Shown: piece after piece, positions 39,598 through 52,060 of the stretch
How the letters are laid out: the number at the start of each line of letters is the position of its first letter
How positions within the stretch are numbered: position 1 is the first letter of the stretch
NCBI GenBank assembly: GCA_951406725.2
Contig: OX597815.1
Span: 178,932,001 to 178,996,000 of the forward strand
Origin: Octopus vulgaris
Lineage: Eukaryota
Length of the DNA stretch: 64,000 bases
Reading direction: 5' to 3'
Program-made: the position numbers and the translations under genes
The notes under the pieces: model-generated
Told to the model about the DNA's origin: nothing
Database searches by the model: none
What the model saw: the letters and a program-made list of their open reading frames with translations, nothing else

Positions 39598-42500
39598 TTG
39601 TGAATTCGATGTTGGGGTCAGGATAGGAAAGGCTGTAGCAGTCCGCTGTTTTACAGTGATGAGGATAAAATAACAATGGCAAAGCTCGCGCACCTTTGGT
39701 AACGACTACGTCTGTTGTGGATGTTAGGAAGAGATTGTTTGCTATAATATAATGACGTGCGGCGTCTGAAAGCTAAAACGACCGTTCCTTATTATTCCAA
39801 GAGGAATCGTATTTATACATGGTGGAAAGCTAAATGGAGGTGGGAGAACAATGGGAAATAGATTAGCTTATCTATGTTAACCTGCATTTAACCCAAGAAT
39901 GTTCACTTCAGCAATAGAACTTATCGAAGTTTGACAGTTTAACCCTTATAAATTTCTAAGTGCTAATGCTGAGAACAATGGAAAGGATGTTGTAGAAAAA
40001 AATCTAGGCTAGAATTTCGGTTCCTGGCAAAGAATCCAGGAAACGATTAATCGTATGTTGTAAAGTTCCATTGATCTAGTGATATTCTTGGAAGAATATT
40101 CTACCATTGTATGCGAATACTTTGAAGCTGAATCAGTTAAAACCAAGCAGAGAGGAGCCAACGAAGTAATGTATGCGGCCACTGGAACAGCTAGAAATAC
40201 CAGCTAAACCTTTCTGAAATACCATTCTACAATGTTAAAAAGAGAAGATAATCATTGCTGGAACTCTTTTGGTTACAGGTCTGCTGTTCCAGAGGAAACC
40301 TAGGGCTAAGCAACACCTTTACCATCCACATAAACAGGTTTTCTTACTGGCACCGTTTCATCAATAAATTCCATCTACATTTCAGTTATGACGTCCACTT
40401 CATGGATAAGTGGGGACTCTAAATTCTAATACTGATTTCAAATTTTGGCACAAGGCCAGCAATTTCGGGGTAAGTGATAAGTCGATTAGATCGACCCCAG
40501 TACTCAACTCGTACTTATTTTATCGACCCTGAAAGGATGAAAGGCAAAGTCTACCCTGGTTGCATTTGAACTCAGAACGTTCCTCCGACTTTATATTCTC
40601 AGTACTGGGGTGGCGGGGTCGATGTAATTGATGAATCCCCCCCGAAGTTGCTGGCCTTGTGTCAACGTTTGAAACCATGTTTGTTGTATAAGGCAGTGAG
40701 GAGACAGAAGCGTTGGCACGGCAGGAAAATTGCTTTGCAGCATTTCTTCCGAGTTGTCGTATATGATAACTTTACACCACTTAGGTGCACCACTTTGGTG
40801 ACAACCCTCCTACTGTGGGATCTGTCTGGGTAGTCGTTGCTGGTGAGAGTTTTACGAGGTCGGGGTACAATTGCTATCTGAATCTCTTTTAGTAGCCTTT
40901 CACGAAGTGCAGCAGTAGAGACGTTTGACCTATTCTTTGACATGCCGGTCCCCACACGGCGCAGGTGGGTGACGGAGGTGGATCAAGTCATCTTCGGGCT
41001 GGTGACCGGGCTGGAATGTTTCAGAGTGGGCCTTGCTTAAGACTGAGGCCACACTGCTTGAAGTGATCGAGTGATTAAGTCTACCGGACACAAGGACTAC
41101 TTCATTACTGGATAAACGAGTTGGCAGAAACGTCTGCACGCCGAGCGAAATGCTTAACGGCGAGCTGGCAAAGGTGGCAAGCTGGCAGAACCGTTAGCAC
41201 ACCGGGCGAAATGCGTAGCCGTATTTCGTCTGCCACTACTTTCTGAGTTCAAATTCCGCCGATGTCGACTTTGCCTTTCATCCTTTCGGGGTCGATTAAA
41301 TAAGTACCAGTTACGCCCTGGGGTCGATATAATCGACTTAATCCGTTTGTCTGCCCTTGTTTGTCCCCTCTGTGTTTAGCCCTTTGTGGGTAGTAAAGAA
41401 ATAGGTATTTCGCTTGCCGTTACGTTCTGTGTTCAAATTCCTCCGAGGTCGACTTTCGGGATTGCTAAATTAAGTACCAGTTGCGTACTGGGGTCGACTA
41501 TCCCTCTCCCCACAAATTCCAGGCCTTGTGCCTATAGTAGAAAATATTATTGGATAAATGACTCAAAATTAATAATTAAAGAGAGCTATAACTACTTATG
41601 ACCGAAAGCTGGGTTGTAACAGCATGAATATATCATAAATTTAAGTTAGAAACAAGTGTGTTCACCCAACAAATAAGCATTCGGTTTAGAAGCCTGTTTG
41701 TAAATATATTTCATTTTTTCTTAGGCTGTTACTGTTAGATGTAGTGACTGGATATTTTATAGACACAACTAAATAATTTCCGATGACCGAGGAATGGTAC
41801 TGATGACATTTATCCCTAAGTCCGGCCGGATTGAGGAGACTTATGGCCAGCCCTCTTTCTGTGTTCATTTAAGACAGCAGAATGAAGCTTGAGGGAAATG
41901 TGGTTGCGATTTCAGTTTGTTTTTGCAACCACATAGAAGCTTTCTCGTTGGCTCGGTTTACTGAGAGTGGAGTGGAGTGGTGGTATTTGTGGTGTCATTC
42001 TTTCGTAGATTTTAGACTGATGCAATGCATAAATATAAATAAATTTGAGAGAACTTGAAATATTCATGAAAAATCGACGACGGATCATAACGTAATAGCA
42101 CCCTCCTCTCTCTCTCTCGCGTTAAAACGCAAATTAGTAAATGATTAAGGTTAGCAAGAATTTCGCATTACTCAAAATAAGTTCATTTAGAAAGACTTGC
42201 GTAAAACCATAAATAAGCGTTTTTTTATAAATAAATTAATATCAGTGATTTATAGAAAGAATAGATAAAAATTAAATTTAAAAAAAGAAAACCAATTAAG
42301 GTTTATGAATTATTGAAAGGCCCAGAATAATCTCAATTGAAGACTAGCAATTACCACCTACTCCATCAAAGCCAGTGAATAGTAATGCCATTTTTCATTG
42401 GAATCTGTGTGTTTTAGAAAAGAAAATATTAATCTGGCTTTCACCATTAACATTCTAACCTACTTGGATCTTTTTTCTGTTTTTTAATTCTGAAGGCCGT

Positions 42501-43028
42501 TGCAAGTTTCATCGAAGTTTCAATCAAGAATGTTTCTATAAGCCTAGACGGAAAGTGTGTAAATCGTACACAATATCTTTCTGTATAAAAGATTTACATA
42601 GTTCTAGTCATGTTTGAAAGTATGATGAGACAGTCATGGCTGGAACACTGATCATAGATTATCTTGATCAAGGCTAATTACCGTCGCTACTGTTGCAAAT
42701 GCCGTTGCCACCGCATCCTCTACTGCCGGCGCTGTCACCGCTGTTGTCGCTTCCGCCGCTGTTCCCGCTACCGCCAATGTCGACAATGTCGCTGCTGTTC
42801 TTGTTCGTAGTACAAACGAATGCTTTAACCACAACGGATCGCCGGGGTATACTTTATTGCATCATGTTGCAGAGTTCCAGACAACCACAATGGTGGAATC
42901 TACGCAGGAACAAAGGAAATAAACTTGTATTTATCACAATTACTCCTACACTCGCTCCGTGCATCGTAATCTACATGAAGCTCTAAAGTTGCAGTAGCAG
43001 TTGTACATCTATTTGTATACAAAAGAAA

Positions 43029-43066
<38 letters not shown>

Positions 43067-43070
<4 letters not shown>

Positions 43071-43851
43071 TTTCCTTATGAACGGCAGACAATTTCTAGT
43101 TAACTAAACACTTTAAAACTTCGTATACTGGTAGAATGTGTCAAAATATAACATTTTTTCCTCTTGGCTTTCTTGAGAAAATTGTAATTTGTTTGTTTAA
43201 CGTAGTTTAATTTTTCGAATTTTAACCAATCCTACGCTCTCTTTTGAGCTAAAATCATTTGCTGCATCTAAAACTGAGACAACATCCTGTAACTAACCCT
43301 AACCCTAATTTTTTTTCTTAATTGTTAAATTAATTTGATTGTTACGCGTGTAAAAAAAACTAAAGCATTGGAAAATAATTTAAACAATTAACAAACAAAA
43401 TAATTCTATAATTTTATACACACGCTTTCCGTAACACACGCTCTTCGTATACGTACGGAAAGCGTGTGTATAAAATTATAGAATTATTTTGTTTGTTAAT
43501 TGTTTAAATCATTTTCCATTGCTTTCGGTTTTTTTTTTACACGCGTAACAATCAAATTAATTTAACAATTAAGAAAAAAATTTAGGGTTAGGGTTAGGGG
43601 AGGTTTAGGGTTAGTTACAGGATGTTGTCTCAGTTTTAGACGCAGCAAATGATTTTAGTTCAATGGAGGTAATCGATTGGTTAAAATTGCCGAAATGCTC
43701 GGATTTTCAGACGAAATATCTTACAAACTATAGAATTTTCTCAATAAAACCTAGAGAACGTTTTATAAACACATTCTACCAGTATACGAAGTTTAAAACT
43801 TTTTAGTTACCTAGAAATTATGTTACAAACTGCCGTTCAAAAAGAAAAGAT

Positions 43852-43853
<2 letters not shown>
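43067..43853. mobile_element. Foldback (near-palindromic) element with telomeric TTAGGG repeats, inserted in (TA)n
   Basis: Arms ~43067-43433 and 43454-43853 with a 20-bp spacer; (TAACCC)2 at 43294-43305; TTAGGG repeats at 43582-43610. Confidence 0.85.
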
Positions 43854-43911
<58 letters not shown>

Positions 43912-43913
<2 letters not shown>

Positions 43914-44133
43914 AGCAGCTAAGCCCGGTTTCACCTGGTCGGTTTGGATGATGTGGCTGTAAAACCTGCTGTGTAAGTAGTCGACTTTTTTGGGCACGCT
44001 TACGTTAAAAAAAATTTAGAACAACTTTTTACTGTCAAAACGCTAAAAATAGCTGACCAACAAAAAACCCCCAACCAAATCAAAAACTAAGCCTAAATAT
44101 TAAGCGAACAAAGATGAACCCTTCCACTTCCAT

Positions 44134-44181
<48 letters not shown>

Positions 44182-44433
44182 TGAAACTGATTGATTTTTT
44201 CAGCGTACAATTTTCATCATCCCACTACCAAGTATGACATCACCCCTTCCTTTCTCATTCATAAACACACGAGTATTAGTATAGTAGATTATATCGGTAA
44301 CCATGGGAGCTATGAAAAAAAAACTAAGCCTAGCATCTACTCATCTGTGTAATTTTTCAGGCAATTCCACCCAGCCGTTTGACCGTGAATCCCAAGACAA
44401 GAAAGAATCGACCATGTCAAATTTATGTGTAGA
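43912..44433 (-). mobile_element. Non-autonomous Helitron-like element
   Basis: A|CTAG with adjacent hairpin (CCCGGTTTCACCTGG) at the left end; Helitron-like right end. Confidence 0.5.
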
Positions 44434-44445
44434 CACACACTCACA

Positions 44446-45516
44446 CACTGCTCAAAAAGTCTCTCTGCAGTAAGTATTATATTGCAAATTAAATATAAGA
44501 TGGTATAAGACTACAAAAGAATATTTTAGACTTTACAAGACTTCAAAAAACTTTATAAGAGGTGTTGAAAGTGTCGTCCTTTATTTTTAATACATAAGTT
44601 GACTCTTCTACACATGTTTTGAAATACATCTTGGAGAATCTGACGCGGTATGGACCGTGTGAAGGTTATGGATTGCGTCTTTTAGCTCATTAATGATTTT
44701 CGGGCGATTCTTGTACACTGATCCTTTACTTGCTCCCCAGAAAAAAAGTCTGGTGGTGTTAATTCAGGTAATCTTGGTGGCCAGAGTCCCTTCGAAATAA
44801 TCCGTTCACCGAAAAACTCATGATGATGCGCAAAGTATGTGCTGTAGCTCCATCTTGCTGAAAGTATGCCTTATTAATTTCACTTTCAGTGAGTTGGCCT
44901 AGAAATGGAGAGACAACCTTTGAGCAATGTCTCTCGGTGTTGATGGTGTCTTCAAAAAAAAAAAAAAAAAAAACATCGGTCCTACAATACGCTGTCTCGA
45001 AATTGCTATCCATACTGCAACATTTTCAGGATGCAGAGGTTGCTCATGCGTCGCATGTGGATTCTCAATGGTCCATAACCTTGTGTTTTGCGAATTTATG
45101 TGTCCCGACAGATGAAACCAAGCCTCATCGGTATAAAAACACCCATCCAGCACTTCTATACCTTTTTCGGCAACAAAGTTTTGGAACTAAGGACAATAAT
45201 GAAGCCTTTTAGCATGATCCGTAGTCTTCAATTCTTGAATGACCAGCACTTTGTATGGAAAGAAATTTAATTTCTTTTTTACTGCCGTGTGAACGCTTCC
45301 TAGGCTGATTTCCGTTTCCTGTGACAATTTGCGTAAGGACCTTGACGGGCTTGCCAACAGTTTATCAGAAATATCGGAAAGTGTTTCGTCTGAAAGAACA
45401 GTAGGCCTATCGCTTCTTGCTGTGTCTTCCACTGAGCCTGTGTTTCTAAATTTTCTTATCAAATCCCTCACAGTGTCACGATGTGGATCAACAGTATTTG
45501 GAAAAGTTTCACACTG
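44446..45516 (-). mobile_element. mariner-type (DD37D/DD41D-like) transposon, 5'-truncated
   Basis: KFRNTGSVED, SLRKLSQETEIS, FYTDEAWFHLSGHINSQNTRLW, YFQQDGATAHT, WPPR.PEL.TPDFFFWG; frameshifts; terminus CACTGCTCAAAAAGTCTC. Confidence 0.85.
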
Positions 45517-45727
45517 TAAACCTATTACTTATTCTATCGGTCTCTTTTTCCGAACCGCTAGCTTACGGGGAAGTAAACACCTCAGTATCGTTTGTCAAGA
45601 GATGGTGGTGGTGGTGGCGGCAAACACAGACATAAAAATACATATGTAAATAGTCTCGACTCGACAAAGCCTTGCGAGGGGATTTGGTAAACGGAAACTG
45701 AAAGAAGCCCGTCGTACATTACATATA

Positions 45728-47005
45728 CAAAGACATGCAAGAAGTAAATAGACATCTTTAATTTTCAAAATTTCTTATCAAAGCGTCTTAATATGTTTTC
45801 TGTATTGTAGAATTTACAATGTAATTATTCTTTTTCATTCCAGGTACCATTATATTAAACATTTGCGAAAAGTAACCATGCCACACACAAAAAATTCAGC
45901 AGAACTGTCAGATTTTCAAAGAGGTCGTATTGTTTGGCAATCTGAGGCTGGTCTTAGCCAGTGAATAATTGCCGAAAATCTTCAAATTCCTCTTGCTACT
46001 GTTAATAGAATTATAGGGCAATTCAAAAGTCAAGGAAAAGAATCAACAGTTTCTCGTAACGGCCGACCTGGGGCCCTCGGAAAGGACGCTTTGCTGTTTG
46101 AAGAGAATTGTGGAAAACGAACCCCGTTCGAAGGCTTCTGACATTGCAAAACAGCTAGAAGTTAGTCCAAGAACGTGTGTTACATATCTTCATAAGCTTG
46201 TGTATTATGGACGAGCAGCTAGAAGAAAACCTCTCCTTCAACCAATTAATATCATGAAAAGAAAGAAATAGGCTAAGGAGATGTCAGAAAAATCCAGTTC
46301 ATTTTGCGATAGAATGATTTTCGCAGATGAATCCAGATTTGCATTATTTTCAGACAGTGGACGTGTTTGGTTCTGGAGGCTTCCCAATCAAGAATTTGAT
46401 TTGAAATGACTCCAACCAACTGTGAAACATGGCGGTATCTCTGTAATGGTATTGGGAGCTGTCACCAGCAATGGTCGTTCTGAGCTGATCGAATGTTTTG
46501 GAACCATAAACTCTGAAAAATACACCGAAATACTTAAGCAAAGACTACTTCCGATGTATTCACTCGATAACATAATGAAAAAAGAGTTTTTATTCGTGGA
46601 AGATGGGGCTCCATGCCACACAACGAAAAGGAATCAACAATGGTTAACTGAAAATGGGATCAAAAAGCTTCCTTGGTCGAGCCAATCTTCTGACATGAAC
46701 CCAATTGAAAATCTTTGGAGCATACTAGAGAGAGCTATACGAAAAGCTCGACAGAAACCTAAATCTAAAGATGAATTGTTTCGATTGTTGCGTGAAAAGT
46801 GGGCAGAAATTCCCCAAGAGACAATCACAAAGCTCATCAGTTCAATGCCAAAAAGAGTTTCTGAATTAAAAACTGCAAAGGGAATGTCAGCTAAATACTA
46901 AAGTATGTAGTCCTACCTATCGATTACATTTCAATTGTTTGCTTTGCGCATTAAATGAAAGATTTTGAAAATTAAAGGTATCTATTTACTTCCTGCATGT
47001 CTGTG
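45728..47005 (+). mobile_element. Full-length Tc1-like (DD34E) transposon, transposase with premature stops
   Basis: TA TSDs (45726-27, 47006-07); ~45-bp TIRs CA(A/C)AGACATGCA(A/G)GAAGTAAATAGA; ORF 45878-46901 with HTH region, GRP, IFADESRF, EDGAPCH, SSDMNPIENLW. Confidence 0.95.
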
Positions 47006-47065
47006 TATATACACATACACACACATATGCATGCACATATGCACACGCACATATAAATCAGTGGA

Positions 47066-47300
47066 TTTAGTAGTGGTTAAGAGTGCAGGCTACTAACCCC
47101 AAAATTCTGAGTTCGATTCCAAGTAGTGACCTGAATAACAATAACATCGAAAAAATACCTTAAGAATGAGAACCCAGGTTCGAAATTTCCCCAAGACACC
47201 TGATGAAGGCTGGAGAGTATATCAGCCGAAACGTTGTGTTAACAACAAACAAGGCGAGGACAAATATTCGTCAAATGTAAATAATGTAAATAATGAAAGT
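47066..47300 (+). mobile_element. Single copy of the tRNA-headed hammerhead element
   Basis: Head TAGTGGTTAAGAG...GAGTTCGATTCC, then the same body as 39308-39540. Confidence 0.85.
47195..47240 (+). ncRNA. Minimal type I hammerhead ribozyme motif (best copy)
   Basis: Stem I GACAC/GUGUU; core CUGAUGA(A) 47200-47207; stem II GGCUG/CAGCC; GAAA 47228-47231; self-complementary AACGUU in place of stem III; NUH site GUU. Confidence 0.75.
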
Positions 47301-47745
47301 ATTTTGTATTTCAAAGGGCCTTATGATCATGAGCTGGATACCCTAACTACGAAGCTACACACCTCCACAGACTAACAAAGACCCAGTTAAGGGATATGAA
47401 GCTAGACGAGTAAGTTTCCCAGGTCGTTCTTCACCTCCTTAAATCACAGAACTACATCCATCCCGAAGCCGGACATAGTTCTGGGGTCTGAAGAGGCGAA
47501 GAAAAGAACCCTGAACGAAATTTACAGCCCCAGTGGAAGAATAGTGCAAATAAACCTTCGAATGGAAAAGTGCTAAACACCAAAAGCTTTTGAAAGATTG
47601 CAAGGAGAATGGTTGGCAGACATTGTTATTCCCAGTCGAATTTGGCTGTAGAGGAGCCTTAGTTCAGTCGGGTTGGAGAATGCTCGGGGCAGTAGCTTCT
47701 GGTCAAGGTTGCTTTCATTAAAGGTAAATGAAGGGGATGTATCTT

Positions 47746-47779
<34 letters not shown>

Positions 47780-48799
47780 TGTGTGTGTGTGCGTATGCGC
47801 ATGAATGCGTTTGTGTGTGTGTCCGCATAGGTGCTTATGTTTACCCTGCTTAATACCTGGTGTTGCTTGTTTATGTTGCGTATAAAGCATCAGACTGAAT
47901 TCGTTATAACCGACTAACTCTTTGAAAACGATGCCACAACGTGGTTGCAGTCTTGTGACAGGAAACAGAAAAAGAATAAAAGTAAAAAATAAAATATGTA
48001 CTCATTGGTCTTCCTCGGTATATGTCAGTTGCGCATTACAGGTGACGTATATCAAAGGGGCAGTCGATTATATCAACTCCAGTACTCGACTGGACGAGAG
48101 ATCACCTTAACGTACACACACGAACGGAGATATATTTACGTCAAACATATATATACACGCAAGACACAATTAACATACTAATATATTACGTTACCCACAT
48201 TAAACACACACATGCACACATCGAACAATTACATACATATATACTACACGGCGCATAGATATACACTCACAAACACAAATTACACACACACACACATATA
48301 TTTTACGCCATACACATACACAAAAGAATTCACTGTGCATGCGTGTGAATGTCCGTACTTGTGTGTGTGTGTGTATATATATACGTACACAGTCTCACAC
48401 ATATATATATATATATGGTAATAATAATAAATACTGTATATACCCCATGTATACAAGGTTCTACCATCCGATTAGGGAATCAATGCACACAAAGTAATTA
48501 CTGGAATAAATGGAGATTTTTGTCGAAATAATGAGGAAGAAATCCAAAACCATAAAGAATGAAAACCAAGTGGAAAAAAAAAGACGTTGATTCCTTTTTT
48601 TTTTGCCGTTTAAAGAAAAGTAGTTGAAGAAAAATGATTGAAAAGGTAGCAGTGAAGTTTTTAAACACGTTTCGAACGTTTGACAAAGAAACATTAATTG
48701 AAAAACTGATTGCTGAATAGTGTTTAGCGAACTCCTGCTCGGCCATTCAATATGTGACAAAAGTAAAGGCATTTGCGCTTTTTTTAATGCTCGTGTGTA

Positions 48800-48847
<48 letters not shown>

Positions 48848-49086
48848 TGTATTTATGCATATATGTACACACACACATATAGGTAGATACTTACACACAT
48901 GCAGATATATATATATATATTGTATATATATATATATATATAGTGCATAGTTGCATATAAACATACATATATACATACATGTGTGTGTATATATATATAT
49001 GCATATACACTGTATATATACATATATACGTATGTATGTATATATATATGTATATTTATATGTATGTATGTACTACACTCACACAT

Positions 49087-49118
<32 letters not shown>

Positions 49119-49284
49119 ATTATATGTATAAACAGTGGAAGAACAGGGTTTTCAAGAGTTGTTTGCTCCGAGTTTCGCTCTGCCGCTTATAAAATTATTC
49201 CTCTTTCAATTTTCAGTCTCTTTTCATTTGTACCAATCAGGGTACATACACATGCGCTCACCATATATATTGTGTGTTTGTGTG

Positions 49285-49322
<38 letters not shown>

Positions 49323-49486
49323 CCATTAATGGTACAAATGTAAAGTGGCTAAGTTTATCTATCTTTCTATCCATCTGTGTGTGAACATGTGTATACATAT
49401 ACAAAGATAGATATATATCCATACACACACACCTGTATATTCTTTACTTGTTTACTTACTCTGTAGTGTGCGGGTATGCGCGCGTA

Positions 49487-49539
<53 letters not shown>

Positions 49540-50820
49540 AGTTTAATTGGTTTCGGTCTGGCCTGTATTCCCCCACCCTCCCCCCGCCGTGTGTATGAGT
49601 AGTATCTCACGTTACGTTACAAAGAAAATGTATTAATTCAGTTGGTTTTGTTAGTTTAAAAATGCTACCGGGTTTTAAATTCTATTTTAAACTTAACATT
49701 TTTCAATTCAATTTTTTTTTTTCTTTTTAGTTCAATAGTAGAAATCAAATATCGTTCAATTCATTGTTTTGTGGTAAAACTGCTTCAGGTGTTAAGTAGT
49801 AAATTTATATTTAAAACTGATCATTAATCATCGCAGGTAACAACTTCGCTTTTCACCGAAACCATTCAGCTTTTTATACTTAACCTTCTGGCATTTTGGC
49901 ACTCCGTCGGTTACGACGACAAGAGTTCCCAGTTTATCTGCCGAACGGAACAGCCTGCGTGTGAAATTAACGTGCAAGTGGCTGAGTACTCCACAGACAA
50001 GCATACCCTTGTCATTTCTCAGGGAGGATCAGCATGACACAGAAATGTAACAAAGCTGGCCCATTGAATTACAGGTACAACTCATTTTTGTCAGCTGAGA
50101 AGATTGGAGCCAGGTGAAATAAAGTGTCTTGTTCAAGGACACAACGTGCTGCCAGGAATCGAACCCACGGCCTTACTATCGTGAGCCAAATACCCTAACC
50201 ACTCAGCCACATGCGGTCACTTTTTGAATGTCTACTCTATAAAGCCGCACGAACGAGTCTAAATGTGGTCACTTTGCATGCTAGTAACAGCAGCTAAACC
50301 TCCCTCAAATAACACCTTACCATCTTATAAAAGGATACGTTGGATAATGTAATCCCGTATCCCTGTATATTCACACAAAAAAACGCAGTGGTCATGGCAG
50401 GAATGCTTTTATTATAGGTTTGTTCTATGTGGACTTACCGAGGGCTAGAGAATAATTAGAACGCTGTATGTGGTCGTTCATAGCACCACAGTACCTCAGC
50501 AAATAGTATACGAGTATGCGCAGGCGTGGCTGGGTGGTAAGAGGTTTGCTTCCCAACCAAATGGTTCCAGGTTCAGTCCCACTGCCTGCCATCTTCAAGT
50601 ATCTTCTACTATAGCCTCGAGCTGACCAAAGTCTTATGAATGGATCTGGTTGACAGAAACAGAAAAGAAGCCTGTTGTGTGTGTATATATGTGCGCGTGT
50701 GTGTATGTATAGATTATTTGAAGTCGTGTACAGAGTTTGTATATTAAGAAAAAAGGTAGTCAGAATTTGGGATAATTATTTATTTATTAGCGCTTTCATC
50801 TTGTTCGCTTCTGAGACTCA

Positions 50821-51110
50821 TCTCTAATATAAAATCCGTTCTGTCTGTCTATCTGTGTGTGTGTCTTCTAGGATCTCGGGCATCCTCCATCCGATTGCGC
50901 TCAAATTTGATATGTAGATACCGACGGTATCAGAGCGTATATAAGTTTTGAAAAAAATTACAAAAATCGATTCCAGGTGAGAATGCGATCGATATAGCAT
51001 TCTTTGGAATAGAAAAAAAAGTCTATCTTTATTTCTTCTTTTGCTGGTGTCTCAAATTAATGTTAAATCAGTGTTTCTCAAAGGAGAGGCCTATGGGACG
51101 GTCGGACTAG
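50821..51110 (+). mobile_element. Non-autonomous Helitron
   Basis: A|TC start followed by TCTGTCTG microsatellite; CTAG|T end at 51107-51110. Confidence 0.65.
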
Positions 51111-51263
51111 TTGTTTTGAGAAAATTTGGTTTAAATGTTTGACAACTCAGCACCGTCCACTGGACAGGGGGGGGGCGTTTTGTTCGTCAGATATATAATG
51201 TTTTACAGACAATATTATGCCTTTTATATAAATCTGGAAAATAATGTTCTTTTGCTCACTATG

Positions 51264-51358
<95 letters not shown>

Positions 51359-52013
51359 AGTTAATCCAAACATGAAAACACAAAGAGAAAACACAACAAC
51401 GTGAGGACGTGGAACAAGTATAGTATTATTGGATGCTCAGGAAAGAAGGAAGCGTTTGTGCATATGTGTACGTATGCATGTGATTGTGTGGTGAATTTTG
51501 GAGGCTTGTTAGAAAAAGGAGAGTGGAGGAGGAAGGGGTCTGAGATGGCTTTTATTGTATTTTTATGGCCAGTTTCACAGTTGTTTGAGGTTAATTACAT
51601 TCCAAGATATCAGTTTTGATTTGCTTATTGTTTTGATGGCATGCATCTCTCTCTCTCGCTCTCTCTTTCTCTCTCTGTGCGTGCATGCGTGTATGTGCGT
51701 GATGAATTTTTAAGGGATTGGTTAGAGGCAAGAAAGACAAGAAAGAAAGAGAAAGACATCTCAGATTTCTTTCTTTCTAACCAAGTCTCCGAAAATTCAC
51801 CACAGATACATACATGCGCAGATAGATACACGCAAATATGTATGCACCCATATATATATGTCAAAATGTGACGGCGTGTGTACCGTTGGCGATTTTTTTT
51901 TTCTTCCGTAAGCTAGTATATATGTGTGTGCAAGCATACATACATGCATATAGATATCAAAAGAATATCGTCTTCCAGATTTCTATAAAAAGCATGAAAT
52001 TTTCTGTAAGAAA

Positions 52014-52060
52014 TCATACCTGACGAGTCTCGGAAACGAACGAGATGAAAGCGCTAATAA
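52014..52060 (+). ncRNA. Minimal hammerhead ribozyme motif in a second repeat family
   Basis: CUGACGA 52020-52026; stem II GUCUCG/CGAGAU; GAAA 52047-52050; palindromic AGCGCU then A; stem I weak. Inverted, truncated sister copy at ~50752-50822. Confidence 0.55.

Noticed and set aside
45728-47005. Tc1 and Merlin elements are both 1278 bp
   Set aside because: Unrelated sequences and superfamilies; coincidence.
47481-47533. Hammerhead-like CUGGGGU-CUGAAGA...GAAA...GCCCCAG
   Set aside because: Stem I pairs, but stem II does not and there is no valid NUH site.
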